IMG/VR virus record: IMGVR_UViG_3300010885_064671
Strand: one strand, 5' to 3'
From: a virus
Length of the DNA: 64,000 nt
Positions within the stretch are counted from its first letter, which is position 1, and each line of letters starts with the position of its first letter. The notes under the pieces were generated by a model, which ran no database searches, was not told the DNA's origin, and saw nothing but the letters and a program-made list of their open reading frames with translations. Both the position numbers and the translations under genes were made by a program. Shown piece after piece: positions 18,578 to 27,516 of this stretch.

Positions 18578-19141
18578 TTATTTTCCTTCCCAGTAGACTA
18601 TGCTCGCTGCATACTCGTTTCTTATATCTTCATAATAAATAATATTAGCTACGCCTAACTCGTTTAAAAATTCAACTGCATCTTTTGCATATTTGCTTAT
18701 AATACAGGTAAAATTTTTAAATTCTTTAGGGTAGTACCTTTTGAATCTTTTAATTTTTGTTTTACTTTTACTATCTAAGTAACCTTTCATCTCTACCCAT
18801 TCGTTTGTTGCGGTAAGATAAAAATCTGGAGTATAACCTTTCACGCCTCTTTTTATTGGAAAAGAAAAAACAGTTGGTTCAAATTCAAATTTGATTTTAT
18901 ATGCGTTAAGTACTCGAACAAAATTTGCTTCCCAATTAGAACGTACGTTAAGATCTATATCTTTTCTATATCCAGTCTTAGTATGCTTGTATGCATTTCC
19001 TGTTCTAGCTGGCCTTTTAATCTCATCTTCAATTATTTCTTCATCAATTTTTTTAATATTAATTTTTTTAAAATTCGGATGTGCTTTTAATTTTGATTTA
19101 GAAAGAAAAAAATCCCTAGACTTGACAACAGTGCTCTCCAT
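18578..19141 (-). CDS. PD-(D/E)XK-type phage endonuclease (endonuclease I / TnsA-like)
   Basis: SNWEANFVRVLNAYKIKFEFEP..YTPDFYLTATNEWVEMKGYLDSKSKTKIKRFKRYYP. Confidence 0.7.
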   Translation of the reverse strand: MESTVVKSRDFFLSKSKLKAHPNFKKINIKKIDEEIIEDEIKRPARTGNAYKHTKTGYRKDIDLNVRSNWEANFVRVLNAYKIKFEFEPTVFSFPIKRGVKGYTPDFYLTATNEWVEMKGYLDSKSKTKIKRFKRYYPKEFKNFTCIISKYAKDAVEFLNELGVANIIYYEDIRNEYAASIVYWEGK

Positions 19142-19294
19142 AGTGTAACCTCTACTCCGTTATATCCGCAAAATTATGTACCAGCCGGGTTAGTATAGAC
19201 TAACCTTAATACTTATATTATACTCTATATAAAATAAAAAAACAAAACAACTATTAAGTTGCAAAACCACAAAAGAAAAGGTAGTATAACAACT

Positions 19295-19474
19295 ATGACA
19301 AACACAACAACAACAACAACAAGAATCCTATTAGACAGCATGCACCAGGCAGCAAACGAAGGGGCAATTGAGTCATTGATCAATAACTACGGTTATAGTC
19401 AAGAAACAGCCCTTAAGCTTGTAACCGAAATTGACGGCACTGACTTCGAGTTAGACGTTAATTCAGCTTTCTAA
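19295..19474 (+). CDS. Hypothetical small protein; the only convincing plus-strand gene
   Basis: ATG at 19295, MTNTTTTTTRILLDSMHQAANEGAIESLINNYGYSQETALKLVTEIDGTDFELDVNSAF*, followed immediately by a terminator hairpin in matching orientation. Confidence 0.65.
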   Translation: MTNTTTTTTRILLDSMHQAANEGAIESLINNYGYSQETALKLVTEIDGTDFELDVNSAF

Positions 19475-19482
19475 TAAACCTT

Positions 19483-19523
19483 AAAAAACCCCCTTCGCCG
19501 ATAGTTGGTGGAGGGGGTTTTTT
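19483..19523 (+). terminator. Rho-independent-type terminator
   Basis: aaaaaacccccttc...gagggggtttttt hairpin with T run 9 nt after the stop of the plus-strand gene. Confidence 0.75.
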
Positions 19524-19603
19524 GTATACCCATACTATTAAGATTGCTATAATAGGTAAAAATGGGGAAAAAATTTTTAGGCCCAAAATGGTTTTGGACT
19601 TTT

Positions 19604-20402
19604 TTATGCCCTAGCGTATTTCTTATTTCTAAACACACCAGTACCACACGAACCAGATTTTGCATGGTCGCAATATGAACAGGCCCTAACATTAGGTGTG
19701 GGTGCGAATGATGTATCTTCAATGATATTATTTATTAAAGAAATTAATTTTACCTTAACGTTTTCTATGTCTTCAGGAGTGTACAGGTGGCCTTTTCTTT
19801 TACCTGATCTAAGGTAATGTAGCTCTGCATAAATTTCTTTACCGGGCATTAGTAGCGACATAGCTAGAGCGTAGATCCCCAGCTGCAGATTATCTGCGAT
19901 TCCTTTTTGGCTTACTTCCCACTTGCCGGTTTTATAATCAATAATATTAACTCTATCTCCAACGAGATCTATTCTATCTATATAGCCCCTTATTAGGTAG
20001 TTGCCTATTATAAAATTAAAGCCATATTCTTTACTGTATACATTAAATGTAGTGTCTATATTTTCGTCATAGAATTCATCTATTAAAGTTTTTCCAACAG
20101 ATATTAATTCATCAGATATCTGACTTTTGGGGTCTAATTTGAGCTTGCTTGTAGCATACTCTTCAAGCATTTCCTGATGATCGAGAGCTTTTACGTTGTC
20201 GACCGTAGCCTCTAAGACTGCATGGACTATATTACCGTAGTGTAGCCGCTTCGCCAAATAAACGAGGCTCTTTATTTATATAGGAATAAAAGTACTTAGA
20301 AGGACATTGAGTATAAGTATCTATTCTTGAATATGAAAATTCTGATAGAGTTAATTTTTGTAAATCATTTAAATCTTCTATTGACTTTATTGCTATTCCC
20401 AC
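19604..20402 (-). CDS. PD-(D/E)XK (RecB/Cas4-like) nuclease with C-terminal Cys cluster; one +1 shift at CGG 20235..20237
   Basis: GTG start at 20402: ..LTLSEFSYSRIDTYTQCPSKYFYSYINKEPRLFGEAATL-(C)-GNIVHAVLE..YLIRGYIDRIDLVGDRVNIIDYKTGKW..ACSYCDHAKSGSC; family-typical 'LSxSxixxYxxCPxxYxYxYI ... G...H..LE ... D-DYKTG'. Confidence 0.85.
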
Positions 20403-20576
20403 TTATTCCTCTTCCGGATTATGTTCTTTTACAATTATACCACTTGGGTCATATTCTGTGCCGTGCTCGTCTATTGTGTGACCAGTTTTAATATTAATAT
20501 ATCTATCGTGACCGGCGGATACCCAACCAGTTTCACCTATCTCCATAAAATCATCTTCGATATATGGCCAAGCCAT
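20403..20576 (-). CDS. Hypothetical small protein
   Basis: MAWPYIEDDFMEIGETGWVSAGHDRYINIKTGHTIDEHGTEYDPSGIIVKEHNPEEE*. Confidence 0.5.
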   Translation of the reverse strand: MAWPYIEDDFMEIGETGWVSAGHDRYINIKTGHTIDEHGTEYDPSGIIVKEHNPEEE

Positions 20577-20584
20577 ATTGCCTC

Positions 20585-20806
20585 CTATTTTAATGAAATA
20601 ACAGTACTGTTTATAGAATCTATATTGAAATAGTAATTCAATAAACCATATATATCATGCAACTCCTGTTTAGTTGCATTAAAACCAACTACTCCAGACT
20701 GAAGAAAAAAAGTTTCTTCGTCATCAATTAAAGACTCGTACTCAACAAGTCCTATGTCATTAAGTTTCATTCTTCCATTTTCGTTCTTAATCATATTAGT
20801 CCTCAT
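20585..20806 (-). CDS. Hypothetical protein
   Basis: 73 aa ORF, packed between neighbours. Confidence 0.5.
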   Translation of the reverse strand: MRTNMIKNENGRMKLNDIGLVEYESLIDDEETFFLQSGVVGFNATKQELHDIYGLLNYYFNIDSINSTVISLK

Positions 20807-21167
20807 CTACTATAGTTATAGGGTTCCAATTTGGATCATTCATTTTTTCTCTCATATCTCTAACATATGAATCCCAATCGTTTTCATCTTGGGATCTTTT
20901 TTCGTACTGCACTTTTGCCTTGAAGGGGTTACTCTTAAACTTAACTATAAAACTTCTTCCACCATTCTTGGGTGTCCAACGCAGATTACCATTTTTGCAA
21001 TCGCAAAAGTCATCATCATTTGATTCGATCATTCCCTTGGGATCAAATCTTCCACTACATCCGTTACACTTTGTATATCTGCCTTTATTTTCACATCTAC
21101 TACATGACGTACAGTAGGACCAACATGGTTTTTGTGAAGGATTTTGGAAGCTTCCAGGTATTGCCAT
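20796..21167 (-). CDS. Zinc-ribbon-rich protein
   Basis: CWSYCTSCSRCENKGRYTKCNGCSGRF..CDC multiple CxxC pairs. Confidence 0.6.
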   Translation of the reverse strand: MAIPGSFQNPSQKPCWSYCTSCSRCENKGRYTKCNGCSGRFDPKGMIESNDDDFCDCKNGNLRWTPKNGGRSFIVKFKSNPFKAKVQYEKRSQDENDWDSYVRDMREKMNDPNWNPITIVDED

Positions 21168-24100
21168 TTATATCTCCAGCTCTAGTATTCTATCAATTAA
21201 AGGTGTAATTTTATCTGAACCAAGTATATCAAATTTATATACAAATTTACGATTATTATCTATAATTTCTAAAAAAATTGGTCTATTCCCTTTGTTAACA
21301 GAAACTAAATTATATATATTCTCAAAAGTTGTTTGCGACATATCACCCTTAACTTGGATCACTATTGGTTTTCCACCTGAGAATATTTTTGAATCAATTT
21401 TTTCGGAAGAATTATAAAATAATTTTATTATAGAATTCTCTTCATCGTTTTCCCTATTCAGAAAGGCATTGATGACAAATATGTCACCAGAATTAAAGTA
21501 GTCATCAGATATATCTTTAGCAATCTTGGGGAATATTATAACTTCCATACTAGAACTTATATCTTCTATTTCTAGCTTATACATTTTTTGACCTTTTTTA
21601 GTCATCATTTTTTTATTAGAGACTATAATCCCACCCACCTTAACAGACGTTCCCCCTTGACATTCATCTAGATCAATTATTTCATGGGTAATCTGATTCT
21701 TTAGAATATCCCATATACCAAGAAGTGGATGGTTAGTAACGTAAATGCCTAATTTTTCTCTCTCTTTTTCCAGAACATCTAATTCTATTCTTCTGCTTAT
21801 TTCCATATCTTGCTCAGCCACTAATTCATCTAACGCTCCAGCAAAAGCTAAGTTTTCTAATGTAGACTTTTTTAATATTGTAGGATCGCATCTTCTATAA
21901 AAATCATGCAGAGATATATAGGGTTTATTAATATCTCTAGAATAAACGATTGCATCAGCGATAGACAACCCGATGCCATCTATTGCTGATAAACCAAATA
22001 TAATAGAATCTTTTCCAACTACTTCAAAATCAACACCAGAATAATTAATAGATGGTGGTAGGACTTCAACGCCTATCTTCCTACAGTCAGAAAGATATAC
22101 CGCTTGCTTTTCCTTATTACCAACTACAGAACTCATTAAAGCAGCCATGTACTCAATTGTAAAGTTAGTCTTTAGATAAGCCGTAGTATACGATATCATT
22201 GCGTAGCTCGCAGCATGCGCTCTATTGAATCCATAGCCACCAAAGTATTCAATATCCGAAAATATCTTGTTGGCTAAGCCATCTTCTATTCCGCTATTTA
22301 ATACGCATCCTTGAACAAACTTTTCTCTCATGTTGGCAATTTTTTCCATTAATTTTTTGCCAATAACTTTTCTTAGATCATCAGCTTCTGCCGAAGTAAA
22401 TCCTGCTAGCTCTCTAGAGACAGCCAAAACGTCCTCTTGATATAGCATGATGCCAAGTGATGGGCCAAGAACATTTTCCAATTTAGGATGGTCATATCTC
22501 ACTCTGCTACGACCGTGTTTTCTATCTATGTATTCCCTATCCATCCCGGAACCCATTGGGCCAGGTCTATGGAGCGATATCAATGCCATTATTTCTTCTA
22601 TGCTACGAGGTTGTAGCCCCACCATCATCTGTCTCATGGATGTAGACTCAAGTTGGAACACTCCAGCAGCATTGCCCCTACATAATTCGTCGAATGTTTT
22701 CTCATCATCTAATGGTATTGATTCTATATCTATAATTATATTTCTATTTTTTTCTATCAACTTAAGACAAGAATCTATGACACCAAGATTTCTTAATCCA
22801 AGAAAATCTATTTTCAAAAGACCGCACTGCTCAACCCTACCCATATCCCACTGGGTTACTAGCGGTGCATCAACCCCTTTCTTCATCACTGGAAGATAAT
22901 CAGTTAACGGCCCCTTCGATATAACTACACCCGCTGCGTGGATGCCCGTTTGTCTGACCAAACCCTCTAAACCAAATGCCGTATCCGCAATTAATTTAGA
23001 ATCTGTGCTTTGATTATATTCTGCTTTGAACTCTAAAACATCCATGCATTCAGCTAAACCTTTTGAAATCCCCAGTATAGGTGGAGGAACTAGCTTGGCA
23101 ATTTTGTCACCAGATATAAAATCATAGCCAAGTGCTCTAGCTGCATCGCGCAGAGACTGTCTAGCACCAGTTCTATTGAACGTGCATATGTGTGCTACCT
23201 TATCTTGACCGTACTTTGTGCGAGCATAATCAATAACTCTATCCCTATGTCGATCATCAAAGTCCAAGTCAATGTCTGGCATAGACTTTCTTCCTTCAAC
23301 CAAAAATCTCTCAAACATTAAACCAAATCTAATAGGATCTAAGTTTGTTATTTGAAAAGCATAAGACAGTACGCTGCCAGCAGCAGAACCTCTACCCCAA
23401 CCAACTCTTATGTGATTATCTTTTGCCCATCTTACTAGATCTGAAACGACTAAAAAGTATTCAGAAAATCCCATTTCTTTTACTACTTTTATTTCATGAT
23501 TAGCTCTATCTATTATATTTTGAGGAAGTGGGTTACCATATCTCAACTTGAGCCCATCCCACGCAAGTCTTTCAAAGTATTCTGTAGACGATTCCTTTGT
23601 TGGAATTGGAAAATCTGGGAAATGTATTTCTCCAAAATTTAATTCTAATTCAACCATATCGTTTACATGCATTGTATTTTTTAAATGTTCTTCCGAAAAC
23701 ACAGAAGCCATTTCCTCATATGATTGAAGATAAAATTTATCTTCAGAAAAAGAAAATCTATTTGGAGTATTAACATTTGAGTTAGTAGCTACACAAAGCA
23801 TTATGTCATGCGACTTTGCATCATGCTGATGAACGTAATGGCAATCTCCAGACGGTACTACCTTTGCTCCGATAGTATTTGCTATCTTTATTAAGTCAGG
23901 TATAATAGCCAATTGTTCTTCTATGCCATGGTTCATTATCTCTATAAAATAGTTTTCCTTACCGACTATCTGCTGCATAGTAGCAGCATGCTTTAATGCC
24001 GTGCTGTAATCGTTTCTAAGCAGTGCTTGGGATACTTCCCCGTTTAGACACCCAGAAAGCACTATAATGCCCTCTGAATGCTGAGAGATTAAATCATGAT

Positions 24101-24491
24101 CAATTCTAGGTTTTACATAGTAGCCATCGGTAAAAGCTTCAGACGACATCTTTATTATATTATGATACCCAATTTTATTTTTAGCCAATATAGTTATATG
24201 ATATGGACCTCTTTGCTCCCATTCATTTTTTGATGGGCCTGATCTTTCCTCTTCGTCTCTATCAAACCTACTTTTTCTTGCTTGATACATCTCCGAACCA
24301 AGGATGGGCTTTACTCCAGCAGCTACTCCCGCATCATAAAAGTCTAACCACGAATGTATATTGCCATGATCGGTAGTTGCTATACCCATCATCCCCAAAG
24401 ACTTAGCCCTATCAAGGTATTGCTCTACGCGGCCATGCCCATCGAGCATTGAAAAAACAGTATGGTTATGTAGGTTCGTCCAATTCTTCAT
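21168..24491 (-). CDS. dnaE: DNA polymerase III alpha subunit (C-family, PHP domain)
   Basis: N-terminal PHP LHNHTVFSMLDGHGRVEQYLDRAKSLGMMGIATTDHGN; VGWGRGSAAGSVLSYAFQITNLDPIRFGLMFERFLVEGRKSMPDIDLDF; LHRPGPMGSGM. Confidence 0.97.
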   Translation of the reverse strand: MKNWTNLHNHTVFSMLDGHGRVEQYLDRAKSLGMMGIATTDHGNIHSWLDFYDAGVAAGVKPILGSEMYQARKSRFDRDEEERSGPSKNEWEQRGPYHITILAKNKIGYHNIIKMSSEAFTDGYYVKPRIDHDLISQHSEGIIVLSGCLNGEVSQALLRNDYSTALKHAATMQQIVGKENYFIEIMNHGIEEQLAIIPDLIKIANTIGAKVVPSGDCHYVHQHDAKSHDIMLCVATNSNVNTPNRFSFSEDKFYLQSYEEMASVFSEEHLKNTMHVNDMVELELNFGEIHFPDFPIPTKESSTEYFERLAWDGLKLRYGNPLPQNIIDRANHEIKVVKEMGFSEYFLVVSDLVRWAKDNHIRVGWGRGSAAGSVLSYAFQITNLDPIRFGLMFERFLVEGRKSMPDIDLDFDDRHRDRVIDYARTKYGQDKVAHICTFNRTGARQSLRDAARALGYDFISGDKIAKLVPPPILGISKGLAECMDVLEFKAEYNQSTDSKLIADTAFGLEGLVRQTGIHAAGVVISKGPLTDYLPVMKKGVDAPLVTQWDMGRVEQCGLLKIDFLGLRNLGVIDSCLKLIEKNRNIIIDIESIPLDDEKTFDELCRGNAAGVFQLESTSMRQMMVGLQPRSIEEIMALISLHRPGPMGSGMDREYIDRKHGRSRVRYDHPKLENVLGPSLGIMLYQEDVLAVSRELAGFTSAEADDLRKVIGKKLMEKIANMREKFVQGCVLNSGIEDGLANKIFSDIEYFGGYGFNRAHAASYAMISYTTAYLKTNFTIEYMAALMSSVVGNKEKQAVYLSDCRKIGVEVLPPSINYSGVDFEVVGKDSIIFGLSAIDGIGLSIADAIVYSRDINKPYISLHDFYRRCDPTILKKSTLENLAFAGALDELVAEQDMEISRRIELDVLEKEREKLGIYVTNHPLLGIWDILKNQITHEIIDLDECQGGTSVKVGGIIVSNKKMMTKKGQKMYKLEIEDISSSMEVIIFPKIAKDISDDYFNSGDIFVINAFLNRENDEENSIIKLFYNSSEKIDSKIFSGGKPIVIQVKGDMSQTTFENIYNLVSVNKGNRPIFLEIIDNNRKFVYKFDILGSDKITPLIDRILELEI

Positions 24492-24500
24492 TGTATTAAA

Positions 24501-24707
24501 TTAATTAATTCCTCTTCCGGTATCTGAGTCATTAAGAGATTGATCTCTGATCTCCCTGTAAACAATGACGACTACTCCGCCACAATACTTGCATGGTACA
24601 GATTTTCCATCCTGTGCGAATGGACTATTGTACATATAGTGCATTGGTTGATCAGACTTACACTCAGTGCACACCCCTATAACATCATCTTCATCTTGAA
24701 CTGGCAT
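24501..24707 (-). CDS. Small zinc-binding protein
   Basis: CTECKSDQPMHYMYNSPFAQDGKSVPCKYCGG. Confidence 0.55.
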   Translation of the reverse strand: MPVQDEDDVIGVCTECKSDQPMHYMYNSPFAQDGKSVPCKYCGGVVVIVYREIRDQSLNDSDTGRGIN

Positions 24708-25899
24708 TTTTATTTTCTCCTTTTGTTTTATAGGCGAATCTTATGGGCGAAGGAGATAACTCCTCACTACTTTCTACGTACTTATTTCCAACTGTAATCC
24801 ATTTCTTTTTTTTGTCTAAATGACAATCTCCACATCCTACACCAACTGAATTGGCTCTATCACAAGTGTAGGGCCTACCACCTATCCCTAGCTGTCTTCT
24901 CTTTATCCAGTCATTTATGTGACTAGTTGATTTATCGTAATTAAAGTCATCACATACACTTAGTATACTATAAAGAAACTTTATCGACTCTTCATTATAG
25001 GTAAGTATAGAACATAAAAACAGTCTTGCCTCATGTTCAAGATGTCTTTTTTCCTTTGCTTGTTCAACAAGTCGGAGAACTGCACTGCAGCTTTTTAGTA
25101 AGACCTTAGGTGTAAATTCTTTTTCTGTTGGAGCTAGCTCCTTAAAGGCTGATGATCCATGTTTATTAAAGTGGCTCAAAAAATCAGAAGGTTTACCCTT
25201 ATCTAGCTCCATATCATAAGTGAATTGCCTAAACCATTCATTTGCTTTAAGGTTAAAAGATTGCTCTTCAACTTCGTTATCTTGAATTTGTTCACAATAT
25301 TTTTTTATAGATTCAAAATCAGTATATAATATATTTCTAGGTATTAAATTTTTATAAAGACCAGTTTCCTGGTGCATGCTGCCAGGTAATCTCCACATTC
25401 TTCTTGGATCATACACGCTAAAATCTATCGACTCTATGCCCAAATCCGCTTTTAATTTGGTAGCTATATATCTAAATATATTTGGGAGTGCGTTAGAAGG
25501 ATTAATCCCCAGGGCTAGTGCTTCACACTCTATGTGAAAGCCCTTCTTGCCAGTGAAATATATCAGTAAAGAGCACTCTGGTATATACTGTATCAAATAA
25601 TCATATAGCACCATACACTCTTGATAAGACTTGCTGGGATCAACGTTGTCTAAATCAAAATACAGGGAACCTAATCTGATAGTGCTTTCAATATCCTTGG
25701 AATTATAATGCCAAATAGAAGTATACAAACCATTATTTTTATGCTGCTTTCTATAATTTTCTATATCAAAAATTGATATTAGCTTTGGGTCGTCACCCTC
25801 TTTATCCCTTATGATTCTAGATAAAGACGGCACGTACCTAGCAGTCTCCACTAACTGCCATGCATTTATATATTTATCTTTTTCTTTTGGTATTTTCAT
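24691..25899 (-). CDS. AEP-superfamily (PriS-like) primase
   Basis: GSLYFDLDNVDP ... LLIYFTGKKGFHIECE ... DFSVYDPRRMWRLPGSMHQETGLYK; C-terminal CDRANSVGVGCGDCHLDKK. Confidence 0.7.
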   Translation of the reverse strand: MKIPKEKDKYINAWQLVETARYVPSLSRIIRDKEGDDPKLISIFDIENYRKQHKNNGLYTSIWHYNSKDIESTIRLGSLYFDLDNVDPSKSYQECMVLYDYLIQYIPECSLLIYFTGKKGFHIECEALALGINPSNALPNIFRYIATKLKADLGIESIDFSVYDPRRMWRLPGSMHQETGLYKNLIPRNILYTDFESIKKYCEQIQDNEVEEQSFNLKANEWFRQFTYDMELDKGKPSDFLSHFNKHGSSAFKELAPTEKEFTPKVLLKSCSAVLRLVEQAKEKRHLEHEARLFLCSILTYNEESIKFLYSILSVCDDFNYDKSTSHINDWIKRRQLGIGGRPYTCDRANSVGVGCGDCHLDKKKKWITVGNKYVESSEELSPSPIRFAYKTKGENKNASSR

Positions 25900-26063
25900 A
25901 GTATCTTTTTTTTATATTCGACATCGTTAATACTGCCTATAACTTGTCTAGTGGATATATCTATGCTTTTGCTATTGTTCCTATAGTATACGGATTCTTG
26001 TATTATCTTTTCTATATTCTTTATAAGAAAATATCTTTTTTTAATTCTCTGTTCTAGGTCCAT
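25896..26063 (-). CDS. Hypothetical small protein (55 aa)
   Basis: MDLEQRIKKRYFLIKNIEKIIQESVYYRNNSKSIDISTRQVIGSINDVEYKKKIL*; ATGA overlap with the primase gene. Confidence 0.5.
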   Translation of the reverse strand: MDLEQRIKKRYFLIKNIEKIIQESVYYRNNSKSIDISTRQVIGSINDVEYKKKIL

Positions 26064-26730
26064 CTATTTTCCATTTCGGATTTATCAAATCACTATCCTG
26101 AATAATTAGATGTATTTTAGATGCAATATTATCAGATAGATGAACTATATAATCCAGATATGTTATAGGGTAGGTTTCTGGTATTGGAGACCAAGGACCC
26201 AAGTGACATCTTACTAACCTTAGAATGGATTGGACTATCTCTTCAGATAAAAAAAGTGTAGAAGATTCTGCTTCACTAGCAAACTTTTTGTCTTTTTCCT
26301 GGCATGAAGCTATAAACTTGCCAACCGTATAAGGATGCATGGGATCATAGCATGGATTATCTGATCCATTGGTATCTATACCCTTACAAAGGTCATGTAT
26401 GAGACACGCAGCGATAACTATATCCTTTTCTTCCTGTGTTAAAGAATAGGATTCACACATGTGCGAGGCTATACGCACAACTCTTTTAGTATGGATTACG
26501 TTACCGCCTACACCATGCTCATCACCCGGATGATACTTCCCAGAAAAGCTAGATGGTATCTTCCAAAATATCTCACTGCGCATTAATATAGATCTAATAA
26601 ATGATTTTATTGATTCATCTATAATCATATTTATTTCTGCCAACAAGGGATAAAGTATCTCATTTTCCTTACCAAGTGAAGGAGGATTTTCCTCTTGGAT
26701 TAAGATGTCATCTAGTATACTTTTTTTCAT
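26041..26730 (-). CDS. HD-domain phosphohydrolase
   Basis: VIHTKRVVRIASHM..CLIHDLCKG..HPYTVG..VRCHLGPWS..YIVHLSD. Confidence 0.8.
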   Translation of the reverse strand: MKKSILDDILIQEENPPSLGKENEILYPLLAEINMIIDESIKSFIRSILMRSEIFWKIPSSFSGKYHPGDEHGVGGNVIHTKRVVRIASHMCESYSLTQEEKDIVIAACLIHDLCKGIDTNGSDNPCYDPMHPYTVGKFIASCQEKDKKFASEAESSTLFLSEEIVQSILRLVRCHLGPWSPIPETYPITYLDYIVHLSDNIASKIHLIIQDSDLINPKWKIDGPRTEN

Positions 26731-26733
26731 TTT

Positions 26734-27516
26734 TTAAATTTCCTTTTTCCATTCGTTCCAATTAGAACATGGCTCATCAAACGGACACTTCTTACAGTAC
26801 GATATTAAGCCGCGTTTTGGTACTAGTATATCTGTTTTTTCTATCTTATCACACCAGTAATCGAAATAGTTAAGATCTTCATCTCTTAATTGGAATTCAT
26901 TAAAACCGATATCCTGGCTTAGTGGGTCAATAAATCCAAATCGAGCATTATGGAATCTTTCTGGGTGTCTGTTGAGATAAGCTTGATATAGTGTGCAGAA
27001 ATCTGTTCTATATAAATCTCTGTTACTAAATTTATAATTAAATATAAACTTTGTAATTAAGTATTTCTTGTTATGAAGAAATATAATATCAAATTTGTCC
27101 TCTATGTTCAGCTTACCCTTAGGCAGGTTGTAGTCTTCGCTTATTGCCACAGGTATATACGGAGAGTCCGCATACATTTCATGGAATAGAAGAAGAATAC
27201 CTGCAGCTTTTGCTGTCAAGCTAGCTGTATTGCCGTATGCGGTTTCGTGTTGCTCCGTAACTATGTCATAAGAATTTGTATTTTTTGGAAACCAATTCTT
27301 CTCCCACCTATTAAGCAGAGAAGCATACGATGGTATTATCCCTCCTTGTTTCTTGAAAAAGAAGAAGCACATTATACCGCGGATTGTAGACTCAAACTTT
27401 TGGGTATGAATATCTCTAGCATAAATTTTTTCTGGTATATTTTGCTTGTGCCTATAATCGTAGAGTCTTTCACACATTTGAAAATCTTTAATTGAATTTA
27501 CAGATATATTTCCCAT
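26734..27516 (-). CDS. PD-(D/E)XK (Cas4/RecB-like) nuclease family protein
   Basis: SVNSIKDFQMCERLYDYRH at the N-terminus and LISYCKKCPFDEPCSNW Cys cluster at the C-terminus. Confidence 0.65.
   Translation of the reverse strand: MGNISVNSIKDFQMCERLYDYRHKQNIPEKIYARDIHTQKFESTIRGIMCFFFFKKQGGIIPSYASLLNRWEKNWFPKNTNSYDIVTEQHETAYGNTASLTAKAAGILLLFHEMYADSPYIPVAISEDYNLPKGKLNIEDKFDIIFLHNKKYLITKFIFNYKFSNRDLYRTDFCTLYQAYLNRHPERFHNARFGFIDPLSQDIGFNEFQLRDEDLNYFDYWCDKIEKTDILVPKRGLISYCKKCPFDEPCSNWNEWKKEI

Noticed and set aside
19471-19722. 83 aa minus-strand ORF across the terminator
   Set aside because: Overlaps the nuclease 3' end in another frame and the terminator hairpin; likely spurious.
20246-20248. CGG read as Arg in the called 217 aa ORF (MAKRLHYG)
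   Set aside because: This part lies upstream of the shift site, where the homologous frame is the other one (..FGEAATL); it is a spurious N-terminal extension.
22447-22899. 150 aa plus-strand ORF antisense to dnaE
   Set aside because: Embedded in a highly conserved polymerase gene; no independent support.
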